Shown: positions 8,302 to 17,470 of the stretch, in pieces
How positions within the stretch are numbered: the stretch's first letter is position 1
How the letters are laid out: each line of letters begins with the position of its first letter
Assembly (NCBI GenBank): GCA_003152695.1
Contig: PMAT01000031.1
Coordinates: 2,886-66,885, forward strand
Reading direction: 5' to 3'
DNA: 64,000 bases
Source of the DNA: Acidobacteriaceae bacterium
Lineage (GTDB): Bacteria; Acidobacteriota; Terriglobia; Terriglobales; Acidobacteriaceae
The notes under the pieces: model-generated
What the model saw: only the letters and a program-made list of their open reading frames with translations
What the model was told of the DNA's origin: nothing
The model's database searches: none
Made by a program: the position numbers and the translations under genes

Positions 8302-9744
8302 CTATCGCACGGCCATCACCAGCAGCCTGCGTTCGGTCATGTCTTCAATCGAGTAGCGGAGACCTTCGCGACCCAGACCTGAATCTTTCACTCCTCCATA
8401 GGGCATCTGGTCCACGCGGAAGCTGGGAACATCGCCCGCGATGACGCCGCCCACTTCGAGTTCCTCAAACGCCATCTGGATGAGCCCGGCATCGCGCGTG
8501 AACAGCCCCGCTTGCAGCCCGTAAGCCGAGTTATTGATCTGGCGCAGCGCCTCGGGAAAAAACTCGTAAGGCTCGACCGTCACCACCGGCGCGAAAACTT
8601 CGGCGCAGTTGACCCGCATTTCGGAGCTGGTGCCGGTGAGCACGGTGGGCTCGACCATGGCCCGGTTGCGTTTGCCGCCGCACAGCAGCTTGGCGCCGCC
8701 CTTCACCGCCTCGTCGGTCCATTCGACAGCGCGCACCGCGTCCTGCTCGCGGATGAGGGGAGGCACGTCAGTGCTTTCCTGCATAGGATCGCCCGTCTTC
8801 AATTTGCGAACACCCTGCACCAGCAACTCGGTAAATTTATGGAATACCGGTTGGTGCACCAGGATACGTTGTACCGAAATGCATGTCTGTCCTGCGTAGG
8901 AGAAGCCGCCGGCCACACAGCGCTGCGCCGCGTGCCCGAGATCGCTATCGCTGTGGACGATGACGCCGGCATTTCCGCCAAGCTCCAGGGTGACGCGCTT
9001 CTTGCCGGCGCGCGACTTCAGTTGCCAGCCCACCGCCGCGCTGCCGGTGAAGGTGAGCAGCTTGATGCGGTCATCAGCTACCAGCAGGGCGGCGTTTTCG
9101 TTGGACAGCGGCATGACCGCGAACGCGCCCTGGGGCCATCCCGACTCCTGCACAATCTCGGCCAGCAGCAGCGACGAGATGGGCGTTTGCGGCGCCGGTT
9201 TCAAGATCAGCGGACAACCGGCGGCCATGGCCGGCGCCACCTTGTGGGCCACCAGGTTCAGGGGAAAATTAAATGGGGTGATGGCGAAGACCGGCCCCAG
9301 CGGAAAACGCCGCACCAGCCCCCATCGTCCGCTGGTCGATTCCAGCGTGTCCAGCGGGATGTACTCGCCATAGATGCGCGTGCTTTCCTCGGCGGCAATC
9401 TGGAAGGTATTGATGGCGCGCTCCACCTCGATGCGCGACGTCTTGATGGGCTTGCCGGCTTCCTGGCAGATGGTGCGGGCAAATTCCTCGCGCCGCGTGG
9501 TGATGCCGTCGGCCACCTTGCGCAACGCGCTGGCCCGCTGATGCGACGTCATCTTGCGGGTCACCTCGAAGGCCCGCGCCGCCGACTCGATGGCCACCTC
9601 GACGTCGTCGCGCTCCGCCTCCGACACCACCGCAATCACGCTGTGATCGTACGGTGAGGTCACCACGACCTCACGACCGTGCGTGCTCCAATTTCCGTTG
9701 AGGAAAAATCCGAAGCTGCGAGTGGGAGTTACGGTCTGGCTCAT
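8302..9744 (-). CDS. NAD(P)-dependent aldehyde dehydrogenase family protein
   Basis: ELGGNA and the catalytic Cys context (YAGQTCISVQR), plus a glycine-rich FTGS motif. Start set to ATG 9744, behind a GGAGG Shine-Dalgarno. Confidence 0.85.
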   Translation of the reverse strand: MSQTVTPTRSFGFFLNGNWSTHGREVVVTSPYDHSVIAVVSEAERDDVEVAIESAARAFEVTRKMTSHQRASALRKVADGITTRREEFARTICQEAGKPIKTSRIEVERAINTFQIAAEESTRIYGEYIPLDTLESTSGRWGLVRRFPLGPVFAITPFNFPLNLVAHKVAPAMAAGCPLILKPAPQTPISSLLLAEIVQESGWPQGAFAVMPLSNENAALLVADDRIKLLTFTGSAAVGWQLKSRAGKKRVTLELGGNAGVIVHSDSDLGHAAQRCVAGGFSYAGQTCISVQRILVHQPVFHKFTELLVQGVRKLKTGDPMQESTDVPPLIREQDAVRAVEWTDEAVKGGAKLLCGGKRNRAMVEPTVLTGTSSEMRVNCAEVFAPVVTVEPYEFFPEALRQINNSAYGLQAGLFTRDAGLIQMAFEELEVGGVIAGDVPSFRVDQMPYGGVKDSGLGREGLRYSIEDMTERRLLVMAVR

Positions 9745-9884
9745 GTTCAATACCTCCGGCGCCACGGCAGGCCTGCTGGCAAAGATTGTAGCGCCGTTTG
9801 TGGGCTGGTTGGAGTGAAGTTCAACCTGCAATGGACCCGCCTTCTAACCGTCAGCATTCAGCAGCCAAATCTTGGCAACGAATG

Positions 9885-10541
9885 CTAGTGTGCGCAGTCG
9901 CCATCGTCGCAACCTTGGCCGCGCAATCCTTGCACGCCCTCGCGCGCGATGATGGGCGTCATGACCAGCGCGGCAACCGGATCGGCCCACCACCAGCCCA
10001 ACACCATATGCAGCAGCAATCCGGCCAGCAGAATCGCGGAGAGATAAGCGCAGAAGTCCGCTTGGCGCGAATCGGCATGAAGCGCGCCGCTGCCCATTTG
10101 CACGGCCACGCGACGCTTGGCCCGGCCCAGCAGTGGCATCACCACCACCGCGGCCAGCGCGATCAGAATTCCGGGAATGCTGCGCTCTGGCTGGGCTTTG
10201 GTCCAAAGCGCGCGAAGCGATTCCACCGCCACGTAGACTGCCAGCGCAAGAAAGCAGATTCCCACCAGACGACGGGCCGTGCGTTCCGTACGCTCGCGCT
10301 GCAGCGGATGGTCTTCGGCGCGCAGACGCCACAGCAGAATTCCCGCCGAGATGGTTTCGATCACCGAGTCGAGGCCGAAGCCTACCAGAGCGATGCTGCC
10401 GGCCAGTAGCCCAGAGACGAGCGCAACCGCCGCTTCGAGGCCATTCCAGGCAATCGTGAAATATTCCAGGCGCCGGCCCCGCGCCACCATGGCGGTGCGA
10501 TCACGTGCTACGGGCGCACTTGCGGGATGGCTGGGCTTCAT
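9885..10541 (-). CDS. cation-efflux (CDF-like) membrane protein
   Basis: About 218 aa with 5-6 hydrophobic helices. The LEYFTIAWNGLEA..AGSIALVGFGLDSVIE motif is typical of cation diffusion facilitator TM domains. Cys/Asp-rich tail CDDGDCAH. Confidence 0.6.
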   Translation of the reverse strand: MKPSHPASAPVARDRTAMVARGRRLEYFTIAWNGLEAAVALVSGLLAGSIALVGFGLDSVIETISAGILLWRLRAEDHPLQRERTERTARRLVGICFLALAVYVAVESLRALWTKAQPERSIPGILIALAAVVVMPLLGRAKRRVAVQMGSGALHADSRQADFCAYLSAILLAGLLLHMVLGWWWADPVAALVMTPIIAREGVQGLRGQGCDDGDCAH

Positions 10542-10621
10542 TGGTGAGAAAGTATAAGCGCGGCGTGATTCCCTTGCGTGCGGCTCGTCAGAGAACCGCA
10601 GCTCTTCGACTTCACCGAAAA

Positions 10622-10695
10622 TCATTCACCACCCTTCGGCTTCGCTCAGGGCAGGCTCCGGCGCGGAGGACACGGAGTTTTGCTTGGATGGGGAA
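10622..10695. repeat. composite repeat, inverted copy of 3100-3157
   Basis: ccacccttcggcttcgctcagggcaggctccggc plus ggaggacacggagtttt is the reverse complement of the 3092-3150 module. Confidence 0.85.
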
Positions 10696-10756
10696 TCCTA
10701 TTGGGCGGGCAGTTGCTGACTTCTGACCACTGGTAACTGGCTACTGACAACCGCCG

Positions 10757-11461
10757 CTAGTCCAGCCTGACCAGAAACACTCCGCCCTCTTTCACATGAG
10801 TCTTGCTGGCGACTTCCTGCGCCCGGCGTTTGTCGTCGCCGGGAGGGCGCAGCCGCACCCACTCTCCCGTGGGCCCGGTGAACTGGACGACATTGGCGCC
10901 TTCGTAATGATCTTGCAGCTTCTCTTTCAGCTTGCGGGCTTCGCGCTCGCTCTGGAACGCCCCGATCTGCACGCACCAACGGCCGCCTTCGGCAATCGGC
11001 GCCGGCGCGGACAGGACCTCGACTCTTACTTCCGCCGTGCCCGGCCGCCAAACATCCACGGCCTTGGCCGCCGTCAGCGACAAATCGATAATGCGGTCTG
11101 CGACGAACGGCCCGCGATCGGTGATGCGCACCACCACGGCATGTCCCGTGGTTTGGTTGGTCACGCGCACCACCGAGTTCATGGGTAGCGTGCGATGCGC
11201 CGCGGTCAACGCGTTCTGGTCGTAAATCTCGCCGTTGGCGCCGCGGTGGTGGTGGTACGGAGGTCCGTACCAACTAGCCAGTCCGGTCTCCACGTAGATG
11301 GGCTTCGCGCCGCGCGGAACCGGCGCTGGCCTGACGTTAGCTTCGGTCCTAGAAGGCGGCGCAGGTTCGGTCGGACGGACGGTGGGCGGAGGAGGAACAG
11401 GATGCGCGCGCGCCGTCTTGTGCCCGCCGCAGGCCGAGAGCAGCAGCAGCGCCGCGCCCAC
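10757..11461 (-). CDS. rlpA: septal-ring lytic transglycosylase RlpA-family lipoprotein with a C-terminal SPOR domain
   Basis: Double-psi beta-barrel motif ASWYG...G.....TAAH..LP....V.V.N...G....V.I.DRGPF. C-terminal SPOR-like WCVQIGAFQSEREARKL. Lipobox LLSAC. The start is uncertain, because GTG 11461 leaves a very short signal peptide (see findings). Confidence 0.85.
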   Translation of the reverse strand: MGAALLLLSACGGHKTARAHPVPPPPTVRPTEPAPPSRTEANVRPAPVPRGAKPIYVETGLASWYGPPYHHHRGANGEIYDQNALTAAHRTLPMNSVVRVTNQTTGHAVVVRITDRGPFVADRIIDLSLTAAKAVDVWRPGTAEVRVEVLSAPAPIAEGGRWCVQIGAFQSEREARKLKEKLQDHYEGANVVQFTGPTGEWVRLRPPGDDKRRAQEVASKTHVKEGGVFLVRLD

Positions 11462-11487
11462 GAAGATGAGAGACGGGACTCGCGTGG

Positions 11488-11733
11488 TCAGCCCTTTTTC
11501 TGCTTCTTGCCGGCGTCCATCATGTCGGCCGCCTGCTTCAGCTTCTCGCTGGCGATGCGCAACCCAGTGCTGGAGTGCTCGCGGATGGCGGGCACTAGTT
11601 CATTGTTGATGTAGGCGATGAGGGTCTTAGTTTCCTCTTCGACACGTTTCGACGCATCGCCAAACACGTCGTCCAACTTAGCGCCCGCCGTTTGGAACGG
11701 ACGGCCAGACTTTGCGCTTTTTTTCTGCACCAT
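11488..11733 (-). CDS. small hypothetical protein (81 aa, Lys-rich ends)
   Basis: Clean ORF with coding-like composition, directly upstream of rlpA on the same strand. No recognisable domain. Confidence 0.45.
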   Translation of the reverse strand: MVQKKSAKSGRPFQTAGAKLDDVFGDASKRVEEETKTLIAYINNELVPAIREHSSTGLRIASEKLKQAADMMDAGKKQKKG

Positions 11734-11815
11734 GGGACACCTTGTGAGCCGCAGAATTCGTCAGCACAGATTATGGGATGGATGGCGGCGATGGTCAATT
11801 GACAAGGACGGCACT

Positions 11816-11908
11816 GGGTCAGGGGTCAGGGAGCAGGGGTCAGGGGTTAGAGGGTAGCATTCAGCATTCAGCATTCAGCATTCAGCCGCCAGCATTCACG
11901 ATTCAGCG
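11816..11908. repeat. 'word' repeat block (GGGGTCAGG units plus a perfect GCATTCA x4 tandem)
   Basis: tcaggggtcagggagcaggggtcaggggtt followed by gcattcagcattcagcattcagcattcagcc. Inverted partner at 12476-12549. Confidence 0.9.
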
Positions 11909-11945
11909 CTACGTCCTACATGTTTGGCGTCAAACCCTTGACTTT

Positions 11946-12444
11946 GTCATCCTGAGCGGAGGCGGCGCTTCGCCGCCGGAGTCGAAGGATCTGCGGTTAT
12001 CCGGAACTGCGAATAATGTCCTTCAGCGTGATTGGCTTGCCCCACTCTTCCGACAAGTCCTGCCACGTCGGGTTCTCCGATTCGATCAAATGAATCTTCT
12101 TCTCTCTCCGCCAGCCCTTGAGTTGTTTCTCGCGCGCGATCGCATCGCGAATATCGCCGAAGATCTGGTACCAGACCAAACGGTCAACGTTGTACCGTGC
12201 AGTAAAGCCCTCGAAGGCGTGTTCCCTGTGTTGCCGCATCCGCCTCTCGAGATTGTTAGTGACACCCACGTAGAACTGGTGCGACCGGCTGGCGAGAATG
12301 TAGGTCGCGTAGCGATGCTCTCTCACATCGCCATCGTTTCACTCAGGCGCTCTGCGCATCTGTGCGCCAGGTCACAGCGCGCGGTAACCGCAGATCCTTC
12401 GACTCCGGCGGCGCAACCCCGGCGCCACCTCCGCTCAGGATGAC
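11946..12444. mobile_element. GIY-YIG gene cassette bounded by 53-59-nt inverted arms (gtcatcctgagcgg... family)
   Basis: Arm L is 11946-11998. Arm R is 12386-12444 and is the reverse complement of L (17/17 outer and 27/27 inner nt identical). The only ORF between them is the GIY-YIG gene. Mobility is inferred and not shown. Confidence 0.5.
11997..12326 (-). CDS. GIY-YIG (URI-domain, COG2827-like) nuclease family protein
   Basis: 109 aa. YILASRSHQFYVGVTNNLERRMRQH, then ...REKQLKGWRREKK, matches the small stand-alone GIY-YIG family. Confidence 0.85.
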   Translation of the reverse strand: MREHRYATYILASRSHQFYVGVTNNLERRMRQHREHAFEGFTARYNVDRLVWYQIFGDIRDAIAREKQLKGWRREKKIHLIESENPTWQDLSEEWGKPITLKDIIRSSG

Positions 12445-12475
12445 AAATCTCAAATTTCGGATGCGAAAAGCCTTG

Positions 12476-12549
12476 GCTGGCTGAACGCCGACGGCTGACC
12501 GCTGAATGCTGAGTGCCGGCAACTGGCTACTGGCTGCCCCTGACTGCTG
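12476..12549. repeat. 'word' repeat block, inverted partner of 11816-11908
   Basis: gctgaatgctga is the exact reverse complement of tcagcattcagc. cccctgac is the reverse complement of gtcagggg. Confidence 0.85.
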
Positions 12550-12569
12550 TTAGAATTTCTACATCCCCT

Positions 12570-15500
12570 ATGCCTGTCCGCAAGCTTTCCGGCTCCGACG
12601 TTCGGTCCATGTTCCTGCGCTATTTTGAGCAGCACGGGCACAAGATCGTGCGCTCGTCGTCGCTGGTTCCGGCCAACGATCCCACACTGCTGTTCACCAA
12701 CGCCGGCATGAACCAGTTCAAGGACGTCTTCCTCGGCATCGAGAAGCGCGAGTACGCGCGGGCCACCTCGTCGCAGAAATGCGTACGCGCCGGCGGCAAG
12801 CACAACGACCTGGAAAACGTCGGCTTCACCAATCGCCACCACACGTTCTTCGAGATGCTAGGCAATTTCAGCTTTGGCGACTACTTCAAGGAGGACGCCA
12901 TCGCGTTTGCGTGGGAGCTGGTCACTTCGCCGGAGTGGTTCGGCATTGAGAAGGGCAAGCTGTACGTGACGTTTTTTGAAGGATCGGGATCGGGACCGGG
13001 ATCGCCCGACCTCGTGCCGCGCGACAGCGAAGCTGAACGGCTCTGGACGGAAATTTTCAAGAGAGAGGGTCTGCCGCTCGAACGCATTCGGTCCTTCGGT
13101 GCGAAAGAAAATTTCTGGCAGATGGGTGACACCGGTCCCTGCGGGCCGTGCAGCGAGATCCATTACGACATGGGAGTGGCGGCCAGCGATGCCGGGCACA
13201 CCGACTGCGAATTCGGTTGCGAGTGCGGTCGGTATGTAGAGCTCTGGAATCTGGTCTTCATGCAGTACGAACGCGACTCCAGTAGCAGCTTGAACAATCT
13301 ACCCAAGCCGTCAATCGACACCGGCGCGGGCCTGGAGCGCGTCACGGCGGTGATGCAGGGTGTGATCTCGAATTACGACACGGATTTGTTTGTGCCGCTG
13401 ATTCGGAGTGCGGCGGTTTTCTGCAATTTACCCGGCGCAAACTACAGCAACTTTGAAGTCACAGATCCGCGCGTCAGGGCCTCCTTGAATGTCATAGCCG
13501 ATCACGCACGAGCTACGACGTTCCTGATTTCCGATGGCGTAATCCCGTCCAACGAATGGCGCGGATACGTCCTGCGCAAGATTATGCGCCGTGCGATGCG
13601 CCATGCCCGAATGCTCGGCGGTGACTACTATGTCTTAAGTAACATGGCCACCGCCGTCGCCACCCTTTTGGCAGGTGGCCCATACGAGAAGCATCGTGAG
13701 ACATTTCCTTATCCTGAATTAGGTGAAACACTTCCGTCGGTATTACGTGTGATCCGCGCCGAAGAAATTCGTTTTGAGCACACCATGAGTGTCGGGCTAA
13801 CGAAGCTTGAGGACGACTTCGACTGGGCGATCCACAATGCTCGCGAAGAAGCTGGAGTCATGCCAGACGATGAGTTCAACTTTGCGAACCTTTCCGGCTA
13901 TCTGCCCTTAGAAGCCAGTCACTCCTCTGCACAGCAGAGGATGATTGGTCTGCTTCGGCGGAAAGGGGTAGTAGTCACTTACCCCGGCCAGAAAGCTTTC
14001 AAGCTCTACGACACCTTTGGCTTGCCGCTTGACTTCATGGTCGATGCGGCTAGAGATCAGGGGATTGAGTTCGATCAGGCTGGCTTCGATGCCGCCATGC
14101 AAGAGCAGCGGCGGCGCGCTCGTGCTTCGTGGAAGGGTACAGAAAAGCAAATTGCCGACCGATATATCCAAATGCTTTCGGAGGGCAGAAGCCCGTACGA
14201 GCACGTTCCAGACGCACAAGATGCAGCTCGGGAGCCGGTCTCCTTATCATTCGTGGGCTATAAAATTCTGCGCCACCGGTCAAGGGTTGTTTATATCGGC
14301 CATGACACGAGCGCGAGAGGCACAATCAGCGGACGGGCGATTTACAGCCTGGTACCACAGGCGTTCTTTCCCGGCGACTTCCACCTTGTACTTGAAGAGA
14401 CTCCTTTTTACGCGACAGCAGGAGGGCAAGTCGGAGACCGTGGCGTTCTGTTGTCAGAAAACGGTAGTAGAGAAATTGCGGATGTTCTCGGTTGTGAAGC
14501 TCCTATACGAGGCGTCAACGTTCTCACGATAAGGCCGAGGCCGGGGATTTTCGGCCCTGATTCGATCAAAGCCGGAGACCAAGTTATAGGTGTAGTTGAC
14601 GCGGCCTATCGAGAAGACACCATGCGCAACCACACCGGCACGCACCTGCTGCACGCGGCGCTGCGCGAGGTGCTGGGCAAGCACGTGAAGCAGGCGGGTT
14701 CGCTGGTCGATCCCGCACATTTGCGCTTTGACTTCTCGCACGTCGCCTCGCTCGGCGACGAAGAGTTGCAGGACATTGAAGACCTCGCCAACCGGGAGGT
14801 GCTGCGCAACGACCGCGTCGAGGTGATCGAGGACGTGCCCATCGACGTCGCCGTCAACGAGTACCACGCAATGGCGCTGTTCGGCGAAAAGTATGGCGAC
14901 CGGGTGCGCGTCATCCGCATTGGCGATTTCTCCACCGAGCTTTGCGGGGGCACGCACACCTCGGCGACCGGCGAGATCGGGCTGATCAAGATCCTGAAAG
15001 AGGGCAGCGTTTCGAGCGGCGTGCGGCGGCTTGAGGCCGTAACCGGCGAAGGCTCGCTGCGCCACTTCCGCAAAGATCATCAGCTTGAAAACGTTGTCTC
15101 GACGTTGGTGCGCGGCGGCGACGATCAATCGCCTGCCGACGCTCTGAAGCAGGAACTGGAGCGCCGCGAGGAAGAGCTGAAAAAACTGCGCAGAGAACTC
15201 GACCAGGCGCGCATGAAGTCAGCTTCCACCTCGGTGCAGTCGGCGGCGGAGAATGTGCGCGAGATCAAGGGCGTCAAGGTGCTGGCCACGCGAGCCGACA
15301 ATTTGGAACGTGCGCAACTGCGAGTGCTGATCGACAACCTGCGCAACAAACTGGGCTCGGGTGTGGTGGTGCTCGGCTCGGTCAGCGATGGCAAGGTCGC
15401 GCTCATCGTGGGCGTCACCAAGGACCTCACGTCGCGCGTGCAGGCCGGCAAAGTTATTGCCGAAGTTGCGAAGAAGGTCGGCGGCTCTGGCGGCGGGCGG

Positions 15501-15593
15501 CCTGATATGGCCGAGGCGGGCGGCAAGGATCCCGCTGCGTTGGATTCGGCGCTGGCCGAAAGTTATAACGTGGTGGAACGTTTATTGCAGTGA
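12570..15593 (+). CDS. alaS: alanine--tRNA ligase
   Basis: Class II motifs ([48 protein letters not shown]). Editing-domain [11 protein letters not shown] and CGGTH. C-terminal DHHA1-like [13 protein letters not shown]. Start set to ATG 12570 (MPVRKLSG), because the longer ORF would run through a repeat. At 1007 aa it is about 130 aa longer than E. coli AlaRS. Confidence 0.95.
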   Translation: MPVRKLSGSDVRSMFLRYFEQHGHKIVRSSSLVPANDPTLLFTNAGMNQFKDVFLGIEKREYARATSSQKCVRAGGKHNDLENVGFTNRHHTFFEMLGNFSFGDYFKEDAIAFAWELVTSPEWFGIEKGKLYVTFFEGSGSGPGSPDLVPRDSEAERLWTEIFKREGLPLERIRSFGAKENFWQMGDTGPCGPCSEIHYDMGVAASDAGHTDCEFGCECGRYVELWNLVFMQYERDSSSSLNNLPKPSIDTGAGLERVTAVMQGVISNYDTDLFVPLIRSAAVFCNLPGANYSNFEVTDPRVRASLNVIADHARATTFLISDGVIPSNEWRGYVLRKIMRRAMRHARMLGGDYYVLSNMATAVATLLAGGPYEKHRETFPYPELGETLPSVLRVIRAEEIRFEHTMSVGLTKLEDDFDWAIHNAREEAGVMPDDEFNFANLSGYLPLEASHSSAQQRMIGLLRRKGVVVTYPGQKAFKLYDTFGLPLDFMVDAARDQGIEFDQAGFDAAMQEQRRRARASWKGTEKQIADRYIQMLSEGRSPYEHVPDAQDAAREPVSLSFVGYKILRHRSRVVYIGHDTSARGTISGRAIYSLVPQAFFPGDFHLVLEETPFYATAGGQVGDRGVLLSENGSREIADVLGCEAPIRGVNVLTIRPRPGIFGPDSIKAGDQVIGVVDAAYREDTMRNHTGTHLLHAALREVLGKHVKQAGSLVDPAHLRFDFSHVASLGDEELQDIEDLANREVLRNDRVEVIEDVPIDVAVNEYHAMALFGEKYGDRVRVIRIGDFSTELCGGTHTSATGEIGLIKILKEGSVSSGVRRLEAVTGEGSLRHFRKDHQLENVVSTLVRGGDDQSPADALKQELERREEELKKLRRELDQARMKSASTSVQSAAENVREIKGVKVLATRADNLERAQLRVLIDNLRNKLGSGVVVLGSVSDGKVALIVGVTKDLTSRVQAGKVIAEVAKKVGGSGGGRPDMAEAGGKDPAALDSALAESYNVVERLLQ

Positions 15594-15628
15594 AAGAGGC
15601 TGCAAGAAGCAGCCGCAAGGAGGGTTTT

Positions 15629-15988
15629 GTGCGCAAGACAGTGATGCTGACGCTGGTGCTAATAGTCTCTGCCGTTTGTTTGCCAGCGCAAGATGCGGGC
15701 AAGCCGAGCGACAAGACGTCCGACCTGACAACGATTGAAGGATGCCTGCGACATTCTGAGGGTCAATACACGCTCATCGACGACACCAACACGATCCATC
15801 ATCTTGTAGGCGGCGCCAAGCTGCTGACCCATCATATCGGCCACCAGGTCGAAATCACCGGTAAGCCCGGGACCCGCACTCTGGACACCACTCCCGCGGG
15901 GGTTGCGTCCGCTGCGGTAGTGCAGGCGACTATTGAAGTAAAGAGCGTCAAGCATATAGCGGACACGTGCAAATCGGCCGGGGAATGA
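15629..15988 (+). CDS. small secreted hypothetical protein
   Basis: GTG 15629 lies 5 nt after AAGGAGGG. Signal-peptide-like RKTVMLTLVLIVSAVCLPAQD. His-rich middle. No known domain. Confidence 0.55.
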   Translation: MRKTVMLTLVLIVSAVCLPAQDAGKPSDKTSDLTTIEGCLRHSEGQYTLIDDTNTIHHLVGGAKLLTHHIGHQVEITGKPGTRTLDTTPAGVASAAVVQATIEVKSVKHIADTCKSAGE

Positions 15989-16150
15989 CGTGGGCGCGAA
16001 GCGCCGTTAGTCATCGAAAATGGAATTCGCTTTGAGCGCAAGAAGCGGGGAGACGCCCGCGGGAATCAAAGCCTAACGTAACTCTCAGGCGAAAAAAGAC
16101 TGCATCCAGCAGTTATCCATAACCCCCTAAACGGTAGAAGGTGGTTAGTC

Positions 16151-17143
16151 ATGGCGATGGGAGAAACGACTTACGTGAACAGCGTCCGCGAGCAGTTGCT
16201 GGCCGGGCGCGAGCGGCTGAGCGACGTGCTCGCCGGCCACGAGAGCGAACAAATGCTTCGCCTGCTGGCGGAAGTGGACAGCGCCCTGCATCGCATTGAA
16301 CATGGCTCTTTCGGCGTATGCGAAGTGTGCGCGGGAGAGGTTCCCAGCGAAGTAATGATGGAAAACCCGCTGGCTCGGGTTTGCCTGGAGTGCCTTACCC
16401 CTAAGCAGCAGCGCGCGCTGGAGTACGACCTGGAACTGGCCGCGCAGATACAGAAAGGATTGTTGCCCCCGACGGATGTTGCCATCGCGGGCTGGGAGAT
16501 TTCCTATCTTTATCAGCCCGCCGGAATGGTGAGCGGCGATTATTGCGACGTGATCAAGGACGACGGCCAGCTCAACTTCATCATGGCCGATGTTTCCGGA
16601 AAGGGTGTCGCAGCCGCCATGCTTGCCTCGAACTTGCGTGCGGTCTTCCGCTCGCTGATACCGCTGCGCCTGCCGGTTGAGGAACTGATGGTGCGCGCCA
16701 ATCGCCTGTTCCGCGAGAGCGCGCTGCCCAATCAATATGCCACCCTGGCGTTTGGGCGTACTTCGAACCACGGTAAACTGGAACTGGCCAACGCCGGTCA
16801 CCTGCCGGTATTGCTGGCTGGCAAATCGGGCGTGATCACGTTTGAGAGTAGTTGCAAGCCGCTGGGCTTCTTCTCCGACGAACAAGTGCATGTGGTGAGG
16901 GCCGTCGTGTCGCCCGGCGATACCGTCGTTCTGTACACCGACGGAATCAGCGAGGCCAGCAATGCCGATGGCGAGGAATATGGCGTCGAAGCCTTGCGGA
17001 AGCTCATTGCGGAGCAGCATCCGACGTGCTGTCCTGCGAAGCTGGTGCAGGCCTGCAAGCAGCGGTTGGCAGCATTCCGTGGAACGATGGAACGCGCCGA
17101 TGACGAGACGCTGCTGGCGATTCAGTATGCTCCGGCATTATAG
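16151..17143 (+). CDS. DksA/TraR C4 zinc-finger fused to a PP2C-type SpoIIE phosphatase domain
   Basis: N-terminal CEVC-x17-CLEC with the DksA-like coiled-coil context. C-terminal GDYCDV...ADVSGKGVAAAM...LYTDGI..A...DDETLL is typical of SpoIIE/PP2C. Confidence 0.8.
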   Translation: MAMGETTYVNSVREQLLAGRERLSDVLAGHESEQMLRLLAEVDSALHRIEHGSFGVCEVCAGEVPSEVMMENPLARVCLECLTPKQQRALEYDLELAAQIQKGLLPPTDVAIAGWEISYLYQPAGMVSGDYCDVIKDDGQLNFIMADVSGKGVAAAMLASNLRAVFRSLIPLRLPVEELMVRANRLFRESALPNQYATLAFGRTSNHGKLELANAGHLPVLLAGKSGVITFESSCKPLGFFSDEQVHVVRAVVSPGDTVVLYTDGISEASNADGEEYGVEALRKLIAEQHPTCCPAKLVQACKQRLAAFRGTMERADDETLLAIQYAPAL

Positions 17144-17307
17144 GCAGGGTCATAGTCGATCGTGCCAAATAATTTGATAATGCCTATCTGCTGGCGCCTT
17201 TAGATGTATTCGGCGAGGGCCGCTGTGACCTTCTTCCTTTTGTACCCGCCAAGGACACAGGCCTCTTCAATGAGTTGGCGTAATTTCATATGTCGGTGGG
17301 AAAAATC

Positions 17308-17394
17308 TGGTGCCGAAGAAGGGACTCGAACCCCCACACCCTTGCGGGTACATGGACCTGAACCATGCGCGTCTGCCAATTCCGCCACTTCGGC
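17308..17394 (-). tRNA. tRNA-Leu (anticodon CAG)
   Basis: Minus-strand sequence is GCCGAAGTGGCGGAATTGGCAGACGCGCATGGTTCAGGTCCATGTACCCGCAAGGGTGTGGGGGTTCGAGTCCCTTCTTCGGCACCA. 7-bp acceptor stem, anticodon stem CATGG/CCATG with loop TTCAGGT, long variable arm, GTTCGAGTC T-loop and encoded CCA. Confidence 0.93.
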
Positions 17395-17441
17395 GAGTGG
17401 ATGCGAGCCAGACCTTCGGCCCGCCATCGGGAAGCATAATT

Positions 17442-17470
17442 ATTGTAAAGGAGCAACTAGCAACTAGCAA
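17442..17470 (-). promoter_or_regulatory. candidate sigma-70 promoter for tRNA-Leu
   Basis: The minus strand reads TTGCTA-17 nt-TACAAT, about 45 nt upstream of the tRNA 5' end. The -35 hexamer is part of a word repeat. Confidence 0.45.

Noticed and set aside
12513-12569. Longer N-terminal extensions offered by the ORF track for alaS (12513), lpxD (38058), glmS (41237), dinB (5037), the SDR (26764) and deoC (54597)
   Set aside because: The extensions run through word repeats or the preceding gene. They lack homology to the families, whereas internal ATGs give the canonical N-termini (MPVRKL.., MHQTLQ.., MCGIVG.., MSPRTIFHVD.., MIDFHGK.., MSANLS..).
17200-17427. 75-aa ORF overlapping tRNA-Leu, including a 29-codon tail (MKLRQLIEEACVLGGYKRKKVTAALAEYI) just downstream of the tRNA
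   Set aside because: Most of the ORF is the tRNA itself read as protein. The short tail has no recognisable family and no Shine-Dalgarno, so I cannot support it as a gene.
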